64,000 bases of DNA from the human T2T-CHM13v2.0 reference genome, Homo sapiens (GCF_009914755.1 NC_060929.1); one strand, 5' to 3'. Counted from the first letter of the stretch, positions 1 to 16,837 are shown. The notes: generated by a model not told the origin, from the sequence alone. Translations and numbers: made by a program.

Positions 1-212
1 TTAAAGGATCTGGTTCCCCCAAAATACTTTGTCCTTTTTTGCTAGTGTTTATGTATACTGTTAGAATGTGGTTATATAAACCTTTTAAATTTAGGAATCT
101 GTTAAATAACTTGTTTTAACACCCCATCCGTCGTCATCCCTAATCTGATACTGGAGTCTAAATACATGCTCCATAATCATGCAAACTAAGTTGAATCTAG
201 ATGATGAGGGTA

Positions 213-521
213 GACTGGGTGCGGTAGCTCATACCTGTAATCCCAGGACTTTGGGAGGCCAAGGTCAGCAGATCACCTGAGGTCAGGAGTTAGAGACCAG
301 CCTGGGCCAACGTGGTGAAACCCTGTCTCTACTTAAAAAAAAAAAAATACAAAAATTAGCCGGGCGTGGGGGCATACACCTGTAATTCCAGCTACTCATA
401 GGATATTGAGGCAGGAGAATCGCTTGAACCCAGGAGTCGGAGGTTGCAGTGAGTTGAGATCGTGCCATTGTGCTCCAGCCTGGGCAACAGAGTGAGACTA
501 CGTCTCAAAATAAAAAAAAAA
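213..521 (+). mobile_element. AluS element
   Basis: Dimeric Alu with A-rich linker and A tail; flanking AGGGTAGA repeated on both sides (TSD remnant). Confidence 0.95.
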
Positions 522-882
522 TGATAACTAGGGTAGAAAGGATACACACTTGTGAAATATTTCTATAAAGTGAGATTTTTATTTTGGCTTACACAATAAG
601 GGATGTGTTACTAGGGCTTTTAAATGATTATCACTAAGAGTTGGATATTTTAACTTTTAGATAGTTAAGTTTCCTGAGGTTATAAAAGTTATTTGGCTGT
701 TAGGGGAACGACAGGACATATCAAGCAATAGAAAAATCCGTGAAAGCCTCCAGATGCCGCAGAGATGCTTCAGATTCTGGTTTTTGTTTTGCTACTTAAT
801 ATTTCCTTTCTTTAGGCAGGGCTGAATGCTTGCACTTAAAACGATGGGACTCAGAGGACAGCTGTGATTGTTTTAATATTTA

Positions 883-1322
<440 letters not shown>

Positions 1323-1744
1323 ATGGGACACGTGGACCTGAAACATTCGTAGTTTAGGACTTGAGAATGTGTTGTAATTAAGAGGTTTTGTAATTGTGAA
1401 TTTTTGTTCAGTTGTACAGTTAACTTTAAGTTCATTCTGCCTACCCATATGGATTCGTTTTGTAGAACTACTCTGGCATAGTGATTGAAGGTACAATGTA
1501 TTATATCATTAGGTCTGGTTGAAGGACACTGCTGAAGCATGTTCCATGCAGCAGTGTCCTAACTTGCAATATGTAAGAGCATGTGTAGTGGTGGGGCCCA
1601 AACTTATCTACACCATTGGTATCATTGGGGAGCTTCCCCAATGTGTCCACCATCCCCCACCAACACCCCAGATTGTGGTTTAATTAGACTGGGGCGTGGC
1701 CTGGGCTTTAGAATATTTAAAAATCCTGCCCCCAAAACCCATTC

Positions 1745-2432
<688 letters not shown>

Positions 2433-3074
2433 TTAGCTGTGACTTTAATCCAGATAGGCAACTTAATATCTATTCGATAGTGTTATTGTGAGGATGAAAA
2501 CAATAATGAAAAGCACCTGGTGTAAATCCTGGTTCACAGTAGGTGTTCCATAAATTTAGCTAATTTGCTACTAGTGACAATTCAACTGGACCTTTCCCAG
2601 TAGCAGGCAGTACCTATTTTTAAAAAATTAGCTGTTGTTAAATAGGTACTATTCTAAGTGGTTGTAAATAGTGTGAAACATCTGTTTGAGTTCTCACAGT
2701 AAATTACAACTGTTTTACGTCTGCTTTGTTTGGCATTACGCTCAGTTATGACCTAAGCTTGATTTTATTCAGCTGTTAAAATGAGTTTTATCAGAGATCT
2801 GAAATGTAATCATTGAACTTTAATGGTAAATTATAGTCCTGTGAACTAATTGCAAGAATGGGTTTCCATGCTTTCAAATCTTTCAAAATAGAATTGCCTT
2901 TGCTAGTCTCATCACTTTATGCTTTTTGTGGAAATAAGGTAGTTAAGCACATTATTAGGCAAGAGTTTAACTTGATACTCATACTCCATTTCTCTCAAGG
3001 TTTTCCCTCATTTTCTGGAATGCTAAAGGTGAACAAAGATAATGGGCTGGAGAATTGTGACAACAGTATATAAC

Positions 3075-3221
3075 TTTTTCCCCTCACTTTTTAATTTTAT
3101 TAAAGAGACAGGGTCTTGCTACGTTGCCCAGGCTGGTCTCAAACGGTCCTGGGCTCAAGCAATTCTCCTGTCTCAGCATCCAAAAATGCTGGGATTACAG
3201 GCATGAGCCACCGTGTCTGGC
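3075..3221 (-). mobile_element. FLAM (free left Alu monomer)
   Basis: Single monomer flanked by TSD CAAnAGTATATAACT. Confidence 0.88.
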
Positions 3222-3450
3222 AAGAGTATATAACTCTTTTGCCTTACTTCAGTTACTTAACCTTTTTAAAATTGGGCACTTGATATGCTAAAACTAGTTG
3301 TCTGGTAGACATTAATATCTTGAGAAAATGAGATTGTATGTTTGTGTCAGCTTTTGTGTATTATTATGTATGTAATTTTTACTTAGATGCCAGAATGTAC
3401 CTTTCCTCACTAGGGAATATAATTTTGTTGTAGCCTTAATGCCATTTGAA

Positions 3451-3746
3451 TTTTTTTTTTTTTTTGAGACAGTTTCACTCTGTTGCTCAGGATGGAGCAC
3501 AGTGGCATGAACGTGGCTCACTGCAATCTCCGCCTCCCGGGTTCAGGTGATTCTTACTCCTCAGCCTCCCGAGTAGCTGGGATTACAGGCATGTGCCACC
3601 ACACCTGGCTAATTTTTGTATTTTTAATAGAAATGGGGGTATTGCCATGTTGGCCAGGCTGGTCTCGAACTCCTGGCCTCAAGTGATCTGTCCACCTCAG
3701 CCTCCCAAAATGCTAAGATTACAGACGTGAGCTACTCCGCCCGACC
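3451..3746 (-). mobile_element. AluS element
   Basis: Poly-T plus reverse-complement Alu. Confidence 0.95.
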
Positions 3747-4104
3747 CTAATGTGATTTTCTTTAATGGCTGGAGAGAAGCAAAAACTAGCAGAAGGGAAA
3801 ACAATGAAATGTCAATCTGTATACTGTAATAAGCAGGTACAGTTGCGTTACGAGAAGTTGACTTGGTGAGGTGAAGAGATATTTTCTCCCTCAAATTTGG
3901 ACTTAATGTCCTGACATTGTTTAGCTTTTGAAAAGTTATTTTGGTTTATTGACTATTAGAGTGAGTCATTTGACAGAATGAGAAGAACCTGGCTACTGAG
4001 AAAGTGAGTCTAGGCAATTCTGTATCCCCACATAGAGACATAGAGACTCATGCCATCTATTAAGATGTCTGAAATTTCTTTTTTGAAGATTATTTTCTAA
4101 ACCG

Positions 4105-4273
4105 AATGTTGGCAAACTTTTTCTGTAAAGGGCTAGATGGTAAATATTTTGGACCATGTGATTTTTGTTCCAATTACTCAATTAATAGTACCAATGCAGC
4201 CGCAGACAGTAAACAGGTAGGTGTGTCTTTTCCAATAAAACAAGCTGGGTAGGGACAGTAGTTTGCTGATCCT
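4105..4273. mobile_element. MER58A-like hAT DNA transposon
   Basis: GTTGGCAAACTTTTTCTGTAAAGGG start and GTAGTTTGCTGATCCT end match recalled consensus. Confidence 0.75.
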
Positions 4274-5589
4274 CATTATAAACATTAAAAACTAGGCCTT
4301 TGGAAACTCAAGGAAAGTGAAAGTTGGGTTGTCATATTTGATCTTTATACCATTACCTGTGTGATTTTTCAGTCTTGCAAAATGCTTCCCCCTGTCCTGC
4401 CCAGTTCTGGGGCAATATTTGAAAGCCTAACTTTTTTTTTTCTTTTAATACAGACATTCTGAATGTAAGGAAGCTTAACTTTTAAGACAATTGTTTCCCG
4501 TTTGTAAAACATGATTGTAATGTGTCCACACAGGATAAAATATAGTGTGTCCTAAATCACAAGGAAAGAAGTACAAATTTATCAGTGCAATATAGAGACT
4601 TTTACAGAGAAAGTGGGAAAACTTGTGAAACATGGAGATAGTTTTCAAAGGATAGACCTGCTTCCCTTTCTCCTCCAAAAGTGAGGTAATTTCTTCTGTC
4701 ACTCTGCCAGCATTCTCTGCTTTGAGTATTTATGAGGATAAAAACTGTCTTTTTTCCTCGATTGGATTGTGCCAACAACAATAAGGACCATTTATTTTAA
4801 CAGAAGACCCTTGCCTGCCTTTGGTGGAAATTATAGCTTATTTTTCTCCAAAGTGGAGACGTTGGCGAAGAGCATTTCATCACTTTGTTATGAACATGAA
4901 TTGAGAACTAGAGGCATCACTTTATCAGCAACAGGAAATAATAAAACAGGATAAGAGCTTTGAAACAAGAGGTCAAGGTTTGGTATTGAAGTTGCCGTGA
5001 TAAGGCATCAGGTTGCCATAATTTTGGGGTTTGTACTAAAGTTGAGTAGATGCTGGTGAGACATAATAGCGCAGATAGAAAGCCATAGGTGATGAAGTTA
5101 GTATCTTATCAGTAACACATGCTTCAGACTAACAACTAGGCACAGAGGGCAATACTCAAATTCTAGGGTGGGGATGAAGGAAAGATTTCTGTGATGGGGC
5201 AAAGATGTGAAGTCAGCGTACTGGACCTGAAATCTAGGAATTAGGAAATTGTCCTCAGCCAGTGAAACCACTCCAGAGGTACCACATGATATCTAAATCC
5301 ATAGAAAAGAATAAAGAACAAGTTGCTGCAGGAAGCACTGAGAACCCTCCTAGACCTAGCTAGAGGCAGGGCTAAACAAAGTTCAAATAGCCCAGTCAGT
5401 CCAACCTCCATGAGAAGGGATCTGATCCATGATGATGAGTAAATAGAGAAGGCCTTCACTAGTTACATTAAAATGTGATCAATGATTTCTTTGGTAGCAA
5501 ATATTTCTGTAACTGCAACTTTCTAGATTAAAACAATATTCTGCCTTCTCTTTAGATTGTATGAATCTTTCTCCTTTTACCAAATTAAA

Positions 5590-6000
5590 GCAACAAAGTC
5601 AGTAAATAAGGGCCTGCTAGGCTAGGCCTTGTACTGAGGGTACAAAGAATAAAGATAACCCTTGTGCTGAAATTGATCACAACCTTGTAGGACAGACTAC
5701 TGCAAATGAGTTTTTCAGTATGTGCTGTGTACAGAGCATAGAGCATAGTAGGACAGCTCAGGGAAAGCTTTCCAGAGGATGTCATCGTTTCAATGATTGA
5801 TTAACAATAGGCACGCTATAGCCCATTGGGTTCAGGAAACCTTTTGGAGTTCAGTATAGGTGTAAGGGGAGGAAAGGGAAATGAGGCTGGTGACACAGCA
5901 GGAGCCAGGTCATGAAGGACCCTCTACCATTTTGACCAAATTTTGATTTTATCCTGCAAGCAGTGGGGAGCCATCAAAGATGTTAAAACTGGAATATCAG
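5590..6000. mobile_element. L2 fragment
   Basis: Degenerate L2-like 3' region, e.g. TTTGATTTTATCCTGCAAGCAGTGGGGAGCCATC. Confidence 0.6.
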
Positions 6001-7056
6001 TCCTTAAGTAACACTAAGATCCATATATATGATTGCTTAAAACTGCAGGGTAAGGGAGGAGGGAAAACTTGTGAATACTTCAGGTGTCACTTTAAGTGAC
6101 AAGTCATCTAGAGGAGTATATGTTAGTAATGAAAGAGGCAAACTTCCTGGCATGTTGGGATGGGGGAAAGGTTGAACAAGGATCTGACCTGAAGTAGAGA
6201 AATTGCCTACGGCAGTCCCTGAGTAATACGCTGTCACATAATTTTAGACCTCACAAATAAAGATGAGGTTCTAATAAGTAATTTCTATCTCTTTTAATAA
6301 GCCTATTCTCTATTCCCTGTCCAAAGTAATTTATACTGAAAATTAATTGAGTAATTATTGAGCAATTACTATAAACAAAATGTAGTGCTGGTGGATGAAG
6401 AGACCCAAAGATGTAAAAAGTGTGGTCCTGCCTCAAGAAACATCCTCTATTTTATCTACATCTGTTTCCATATATAACTAAGTCCAGGGAAGACAAGCCT
6501 TGGATTTTCTGTATAGCTAGGCACATTCTCAGTACCTGAAAATTTGTGTCCAGAAAAACAAAATACTTCTTTTTGAATAGGTGCTTTTGCCATTTCTAAA
6601 AATGCAATGAATTTATATGTTTAATGTAGTTTTCTGTGGTTTGTTTCACAATGGGAGAAATAATTAATTTTACAATTTGCTAAGCCATGTCCTCTAAGGC
6701 CAAGAACTGCTACTATTAAAGATATTTAAGATATAACAAGAAAAAATAATAAACTAAAAAAACAACAGACAAGATACTTAAAATATGTTTTGACTTCAGA
6801 AGACAGATCAGAAGAATAATTCCAAAAATGCTCTAAGCAATGGCAGCATTACCAGAACCATTCCTACATTGACTGAATGCCTTCTGTGTGCCTGGTACTA
6901 TGATGAGTGTTATTAAATAAATGCAGAGCCCATCAAAGTGACTACTATGAAGGTAGTCATCCAATAGTCGTTTGGATGATCCAGTTTTAGTGTGTGAAAA
7001 AATAAAAATCACTTTTGTTTATTACGATGTGACATTAGTGAGAAATAAACACTCTA

Positions 7057-7377
<321 letters not shown>

Positions 7378-8215
7378 TTAGCCTTGGGATTTAGCTATTT
7401 GGTGTACAAATGTTCTGCTGAAATCGCAGTTGCTAACTTTGACAAATTTTCAAGCCTTTCTTTTTGACTTGGAGGTAGTTATAAAGAGAGGTTGCATTAT
7501 CCTAGCATATTTCTCAATGCAGGCTGGGTTGCATTTACTTCACAGATGTTTGTCTTGCTGAACCTGATTAGCAGAGGCATCCTTGGGTCTCAAAAGGTCC
7601 AGTGACCAATTGACTCCAGGATTCTGAGCCATGCCTCTGGCCAGGCTCTTCTGAGCAAAAGACAAATGTGTGTGCAGGGGTCCCCAAAGATAAAGCAAGT
7701 AGTCAGTAGGTAGGAAAGCTGTCTTCCAGTATTTGAAGGGCTGTTAGGAAAAGAGGAACTAACTAGGTAGTTTTTGTGTGACTTGGGTTGTTACCTGGCT
7801 TGTATGTGCTTCAATTTCCTTAGGTATAAAATGGAATACTGTTTGAGCTATGCCATTAAATTGTTGGAAAGAATTTTTTATAACATGGGTGAAACCATGA
7901 ATGAGACATTGGCACATAGTCAATGCTCAGCAATAGTAGCTTTTTAAAATTCTGTATGGCTCCATGGAAAGAAATCTAGCAAGGTGTCTTTCTAAATAAA
8001 TGTATGTTGCATGGATGAACACTATTTTTATGTTTACCAAGAAGTTTTAAACATAATCTCCAGTGATCTTTGCACCAACTGCTGGGGTGTGGTTGAAAGA
8101 ATTATTATTCTCCATTTTCATAAACGGAAACTCAAGGAAGTTAGTAATTTGCTCAAAGTCACTTTGCAGGTGTGAGTGCACTGTAACTTGAAGGAGGTCT
8201 AATTTCCCAATTCTT

Positions 8216-8480
8216 TGTCTTAGTCCATTCAGTCTGCTATAACAAAAATTCTGTAACATCTATGTCTTATAAACAACAGAACTTTATTTCTCACAGTTCT
8301 GGAGGCTGGAAAATCTAATATCAAGACGCCAGCAGATTTAGCCTCTGAAGGAGACTCACTTGCTCACATAATGGAAGGGTGAGGGAAGACTCCAAAGTCT
8401 CCTTTATTAAAAAGGCACTAATCCCTCTCAGAGTGATTAGTCACCTAATCACCTCTCAGACGCTCTGCTTCTAAATATAG
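8216..8480 (-). mobile_element. MaLR LTR fragment (MST/MLT1A type)
   Basis: TGTCTTAGTCCATTCAG...TCTCACAGTTCTGGAGGCTGG motif. Confidence 0.75.
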
Positions 8481-8727
8481 CAATGTTCTATAGCAATGTT
8501 CTTTCCACTATATCAAATCAAGAAGTTTTGACTTGGAGGTTGTTATAGGGAGAAGTTACATTTTCTGCATATCTCTCAAAGCAGGCTGGGTTGCATTGAA
8601 GAGGAATGCAACGAGGGCTGATTCAAGCATGTTGAAAGGATGCAGATTCCACTTCACTGAGGGAAAAATAATCTTTCTACTAGAATTCTTTAAAAAAATG
8701 ATTTTCTTAAAAGGGAATGAGTAGTAG

Positions 8728-9248
<521 letters not shown>

Positions 9249-10035
9249 TAGATGTTCTAGTGTAATTTATTTGCTTCATGCTTTCTAAATAGCAAAATAT
9301 GAGTAATATGACCTAGAATATTTAGCTTTAGGTGTATGTCCCATTGCATCACACAGAATATGAAAAAGATGTTCTCAAGATTTGAAACTTAATAAAAGTA
9401 ATAATTTTTACTGTTTTATACAGAACATCTGTAAGTGAAGCTGGCATTTTTCCCCTTTACTATTAAATACCTGGGCGCTAAGAAATACAATGACTACTAA
9501 TATTCTTTGGTGCCATCATGAATACTTTTGATTCATGTTAAGACACCAGCAGTTTTATCCACTTCCTGTGCACCATCAGTGCAAATGTTTGACACAATTG
9601 TTTCAGTAAAACACCCTGTGATTCAAAAAGGTTATTTAGTGCTTTGACTATTTCAGCATCACTTATGTTTGTTGACAAGTATTTACATAAAAGAAGATAT
9701 TCTTTGATAATTGCTTGGTGCTGACATCACATGAATACAAGTAAAACAGCAAGTTCAGCCACATATGTAGATTTGCCCATTTGTAAAGCAAGTACAATTC
9801 TGCAGATAAGCTATTAACTGAGTCTTCATGTTTGCAACTAAATTTTTAATTTGACAAGTTATCTAAAATTAACCATCACAATAGCTTTCCTCATACTTTT
9901 TGTTTATTTATAGTTTTGCCCAGTTTATTTGAAGTAAATTCCCTTTTTTCATGAGTTAGAAAACGCTGTGGTGTCAATTTCATTCTTTGAACATTTTTAG
10001 ATATTGATGGTGCAGCCGTTGATTGAGAAAACAAG

Positions 10036-10341
<306 letters not shown>

Positions 10342-10414
10342 TCTTCTTCTAATCTTTATTTTTAGCCAACTTATCTTCTTAACTATAATAAAAATAAAAA
10401 TCTATTTTTGCTAA

Positions 10415-10722
<308 letters not shown>

Positions 10723-11070
10723 CTAATTTTAGTATAAAATATTAAACTGAAATATTTTAGGTAAAAATTAAAAAATTAGAAAAGTTTTAAGAATTTTAAA
10801 ATATTGCAAAATAAGACATCAACGTGTATTAAATAGTGTTATTTCTACAGAAACTCAGAAAAATTTCTGAGTTTCAAAATAACAATTTGTTGGACAAAAA
10901 GGTTATAGAGATCACAGTGATATTCCTGAAGATAGTTTGTAAAAGCCCTATGGGAGTACAGAAAACAAACTAAATTAATCTCTGAAAGTGCACAAATTTA
11001 TATCCTAAACTTACTCTCTTGGAGATTTCTTTAAAAACACAATTTAGAAGCATACATTCCATTAGTCAGC

Positions 11071-11433
11071 TGTATTAGTCTGTTCTCATGCTGCTGTGAA
11101 GAAATACCCGACCGGGTAATTTAAAAATAAAAGAGGTTTAATTGACTCACAGTTCCGCATGTCTGGGGAAGCCTCAGGAAACTTACAATCATGGCAGAAG
11201 GCATCTTTTCACAGGGCAGCAGGAGAATCAGTGCCCAGCAAAGGGGGAAGCCCCTTATAAAATCATCAGCTCTCATGAGAACTTACTCACTGTCACAAGA
11301 ACAGCACGGGGGAGGGGGGAACTGCCCCCATGATTCAATTATCTCCCACCAGGTCCCTCCCATGATACGTGGGGATTACAAGATTACAATTTAAGATGAG
11401 ATTTGGGTGGGGACAAAAAGCCAAACCATATCA
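11071..11433 (-). mobile_element. THE1-family solo LTR
   Basis: TGTATTAGTC...CCAAACCATATCA termini; perfect 5-bp TSD TCAGC. Confidence 0.93.
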
Positions 11434-11784
11434 TCAGCATAGCAACCACATTGTCACATGTTATATAGCCTTTGGAAAATACCACTCTACATGCATTAAA
11501 AAAATGAAAGCAAAAACATTTTACTATTATAATGAATTTTTTTTTTACCTTAATCAACCCCAAGAGGATCTCAGGGACTCCTAGGAGTCTGGGCCCTACT
11601 CAGAGAACCACTGTCAATGAGATTGGATGTGCTTATACCTGATGACAATAAGTAACTCAAACCATGACATTCTCCTCTGTAGCACTAAGGCCACCCCCTT
11701 CACATCTTGACCTCACTGACCAAGGCCAGTGATTATGTTTCATTTATCTCTGTGTCCTTATTACAGATGCTTGTCCATAACAGT

Positions 11785-11918
11785 GGCTGGGTGTGGTGTC
11801 TCATGCCTTTAATCCCAGCTTTTTGGGAAGCTGAGGCAGGAGGATTACTTGAGGTCAGGAGTTCATGACCAGTCTGGGCAATATAGCAAGACCTTGTTTC
11901 TACAAAACCAAAAAAACA
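11785..11918 (+). mobile_element. FLAM Alu monomer
   Basis: Single left monomer ending in an A-rich tail. Confidence 0.85.
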
Positions 11919-12744
11919 TATAACTGCTTAATAAATGTTCATTGAAAGAATTTGAACTTTTTATTTCAGCAGAAAATATGACAAAAAGATTTTTAATGCT
12001 TTGGTGCCCTCAGGTGGCATTATATCGCAAAGTAACTTAGGAAAAAATACTGCATGTGTTAGTTTAGAACCTTGAGCCCAGTTTGGATTTTGGTTGCCAT
12101 TTTGTATTAAAAATACTTTTCTTCTGATTCAAATTATCTTGCACATGTCAAACAAATTATTTGGATGAATTCCATCTCCATCTCCTATTTTATTTTGATA
12201 CAGGTTGAAATTATTCTATTCATTATATAATTTTTCACTAGATTCATTGAGCTGACCAATCTATCATAGTCTTTCATTTCTTTCCCATTGCCATAAAATG
12301 TTGAGTGCTTCTCATTATTAGTTAGTTTTTAGATAAGAGAAATGAGTTATATACCTGGCAGGGTTCTTAAGCTATCTCCAACCTTTAACTCAAGTCTTTA
12401 CATACTTTACTTCCTTATGGATCTGCATTTCTTTTGAGAGCAGATACTTATTTTGTATTAGGAATGTCAAGCATATTTTTGTATTTTCTATTTTCATTTA
12501 GTTTTACTATTTTTTTCTTGTTATGCCTCTTCCAAAATATATGCATTTTTTTCTTACTTTGTGAATTTATAGGTGCATGTACTTGTAATCAAAAGAGTGA
12601 AGGTGGCCATATTCAAAGGGAACTCTGAGATATATGAAAAATGTGGGTGCTCTTCCAAATTATGATTAGGAATTTGGCAAATTGGATGACATACTGCAGA
12701 TGTATTGAGTTCCTTTTACTCTCCAAACTGTTAAAAGTCTTTCA

Positions 12745-13060
<316 letters not shown>

Positions 13061-13151
13061 TCAATGGCCACTATATTGGAATGAACCGTGAGTGAGATAC
13101 TTGCTTTAGGGATGTTTGATTCAGGTTCAAGGGTATGTGAAGAACCTGGAG

Positions 13152-13184
13152 ATATATATATATGTGTGTGTGTGTGTGTATAAA

Positions 13185-13239
<55 letters not shown>

Positions 13240-13368
13240 ATACACACACACATAAATACATGTGTGTATATATATATACACACACACATATATATACATA
13301 CATATGTATATATATACACACATATATATACACATATATGCACACACACACACACACATATGTATATA
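13152..13368. repeat. Compound (TG)n(TA)n(CA)n microsatellite
   Basis: About 217 bp of mostly alternating purine-pyrimidine sequence read directly. Confidence 0.98.
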
Positions 13369-13721
13369 TTTTGGAGGTTCATCAAAGTGAAGGTTGGGAG
13401 AACTAAAATTCTGTAACCAAGGAAAAGTCTGGGGTGGAGACATCCACCAAGGAAGTACATTTACATTTACAATATGGCCACTCTTCCACTATTTAAATGT
13501 TTTGTTTCATTCATTTGCTCAACAAATATTTATGGACTCTAATATGTAATTTCAGCTGTTGTGTATCTGGGAATATTTTCGTATTTGGGAACACAGATAT
13601 TGAAAAAGGAGGCCCATCCTTCACAAAGCTCTTCATCTAGTAAGGAGACAGCAAAGTTAATTAGGCAGCATCATGAGCACTATGAAACGCATAAAAGCAA
13701 GTCAATAGAAGAATCTGATTC

Positions 13722-13888
13722 AAGCTGGTACAGTGGCATTCACTGGTAGTCTCAGCTACTTAGGAGGCTGAGGTGAGAGGATTGCTTGAGTTAGAGGCTA
13801 CAGTAAGCTATGATTGCACCACTGCACTCCAACCTGGGTAATAGAGTGAGACCCTGTCTCAAAAAAAGAAAAAAAAAAGGAAAGAAAA
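13722..13888 (+). mobile_element. FRAM / Alu right monomer
   Basis: Right-arm sequence only, A tail, TSD-like AATCTGAT. Confidence 0.85.
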
Positions 13889-14018
13889 TAATCTGATCCT
13901 TGTTTTGAAGAACAATTAGGTGTTAGCTGTTTGGTGGAAGATAGGGTGTTTCAATAGAGGGGCTAGTGTGTGAACGGCACTGGAGGAGTGTATGTGGAGG
14001 AATAGATAAAGGCTAGAA

Positions 14019-14337
14019 AGTCTGGCTGCATTGGCTCACACCTGTAATCCTAACACTTTGGGAGGCCGAGGTGAGAGAATCACTTGAGGCCAGGAGTTCA
14101 AGACCAGCCTGGCCAACATGGCGAAATCCCATCTCTACTAAAAATACAATTATTAGCTAGGTGTGGTGGCACATGCCTGTAGCCCCAGCTACTCAGGAGG
14201 CTGAGGCATAAGAATTGAACCCTGGGGCGGAGGTTGCAGTGAGCTGAGATTGCACCCCTGCACTCTAGCCTGGGTGACAGAGCAAGACTCTGTCTCAAAA
14301 AACAAAACAAAACAAAAAAAATAGAATAAAAAAAAAA
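14019..14337 (+). mobile_element. Alu element within an L2 remnant
   Basis: Full dimer with (AAAAC)n tail. Confidence 0.93.
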
Positions 14338-14409
14338 GGTAGAAAGGCAGGTAGAGATCTTGAGACTCTAACTAAATATCTGAATGCTTTCCTGGAGGCC
14401 GAGGAACTA

Positions 14410-14596
<187 letters not shown>

Positions 14597-15183
14597 GGAA
14601 AAGACTGGAGGGGGTAAACTAAGAAATAGGGAGGCAGTTAAAATGTTGCAATACTACTAGAAAGAAATGAAAAAGAAGTAAGGCCATTGTAGTGGGAGTA
14701 AGTTGAGATGTTAAGGAGACAGATCAATAGGGTTTGGTTGGTAAAGGGGTGAAGATGTTAAGGATGCCTGTGCTGTACTTGGCTTATATGGTTGTGCCAT
14801 CCATTATGATAAGAATTCAGAAAGAAGAGTGTATTTTTGGGGGCAGGGGAAAAGAGTTTAGCTTTGGATGTTGAATTTAAGACATTCAAATTGCAGTTTG
14901 TCATACAGTTTGAGAAGTCCAAAGTGGTGTACTGGAGAGAGACCACCCAGCAAAATCAGGTGGGGAGTTGGCCCTAGAAGAAATGAATGGCATTGGCTGA
15001 GTTTCCTGTTTTCATGGCCTCTAAGTCAAGCCTTAATCAGGAACAGCTAAAACCCCAATAGAAAACCTGCAATCTTTTTGGCTTAAAGAAGCACAGGACA
15101 GACCTTGAGGCAACCACAGTTGCTGGAACGCTAGTGGAGGACCTCCAGAAATAAGAAACCTACAGAGGAGGAGGTTCATTTTC

Positions 15184-15495
15184 AATATCCTTCCTTGATA
15201 TCCATGGGAGATTGGTTCCAGGACCCCCACGGATACCAAGATCCAAAGATGCTCAAGTAACAATGTAAAATGGCATAGGATTTGCATATAACATATATAC
15301 ATCCTCCCATATGCTTTAATCACCTCTGGATTACTTATAATACTTAATACAATATAAATGCTATGTAAATAGTTGTAATGTTATATTTTTAACTTATATT
15401 ATTTTTTATTGTTCCTTCACTGGTTTTTAAATAATATTTTTGAATCATGGTTGGTTGAGTTAGCAGATGCAGAACCCAAGGATATAGAGTATAAA
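15184..15495. mobile_element. MER2 (TcMar-Tigger) DNA transposon
   Basis: GATTGGTTCCAGGACCCCC...GATGCAGAACCCAAGGATATAGAG matches recalled consensus. Confidence 0.85.
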
Positions 15496-15961
15496 CTCTG
15501 CAAACATCCATTGGGAAGACTTAGATTTGAGCCTTAGTGGATGACCTGGGGCAAGGTACTTCACCCTTGGTTTCTTAATTTTTAAAATGCAAAAAATAAT
15601 ATTTTTCAGAGTAGTTATGAGCAGTAAAAACAAGTACTTGTAAGATATTTCACACAGTCTTGCCACATAGCTGACTCTCAATAAATGACTGCTGTATTAA
15701 TCAGGACTCTGCTAGTAGCAAGTGACAGGAACTGAACTCGAGCTTGCTCAAGTGGCCAAGGAAGTTGATCAACAGCAAGGTAGAACAGGAGGTGGAGTCA
15801 GGATCTCTGTCATCAGGTCTCTCTCTCTCACCCAGTCACACCTTGCCTTATCTCCTGAAGTTTATCCTTCACTTCCGTTGATGGCCTCCTCCTTTGGGAA
15901 TGGGTGTGGGTAGAGCTGTGGGTGTGGGTGTGGAGATGCCTGATCCAGGATTACACCCTCA

Positions 15962-16487
15962 ATGATAGGCAGAAGAAAAGCCCCCAAATAAGCTAATATC
16001 TTAATCTCAGAAACCTGTAAATATGTTTCCTTACTCAGCAAAAGGGAACTAAGACTGCAGATGAAATTAAAATGGCTAATCAACTGATTTTAAAATAGAG
16101 AGATTATCCTGAATTATCTAGGTTGGCTCAATGTTATCATTAGGGTCCTTAGAAGCAGAAGAGGGAGGCAGGAGAGAGTCAGAGGGAAATATGACCACAG
16201 AAGGCCAGAGTGATATGATGTGAGGACTCAACTGCTGTGGCTGGCTTTGAAGATGGAGAAAGGGGCCATGAGCCAAGGAATGGGGGAAACCTCTAGAATC
16301 TGGAAAAAGCAAGGAAACCAATTTTCCCCTAGAGCCTCCAGAAGGAATGCAGCCCTGTCACTAATTTTAGCCTAGTGAGACCCATGTCGGACTTCTGACC
16401 TACACAACTATGAGATAATAAATATGTATTGTTTAAGCCTCTAAATTTGTGGTAGTTTGTTAAAGCAACTATATAAAATGAATATGC
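15962..16487 (+). mobile_element. MLT1D/E-like MaLR solo LTR
   Basis: GAGATTATCCTG, GCTGGCTTTGAAGATGGAG and CTAGAGCCTCCAGAAGGAATGCAGCCCTG blocks. Confidence 0.85.
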
Positions 16488-16837
16488 CATCCCAGTTTTG
16501 TTGGGATGATATGTGTTTCGTGGAGCCTAAAATGTATGCATTTTGGGGGTCTCTCTTTAAGGAAAATTCAAAATCACAAAAGAAAGAGAATATTTAGAAT
16601 GAGAAAGATCACAAAAAACTGCAAAATTTAAGAAGATGACAGGCAAGAAGGCAGAACAGATGGCTCCACCTATCATTCCCCCAACAAGGGCACCAGTTTA
16701 ACAACTATCTATGTAAAAAAAACACCTTCATAAGAACAAAAAATCAGGTGAGCACTCACAATACCTGGTTTTAACTTCTTATCACTGAAAGAGGCACTGA
16801 AGACATAGGAAAAATGATCTTGAATCATTAATGCCAC

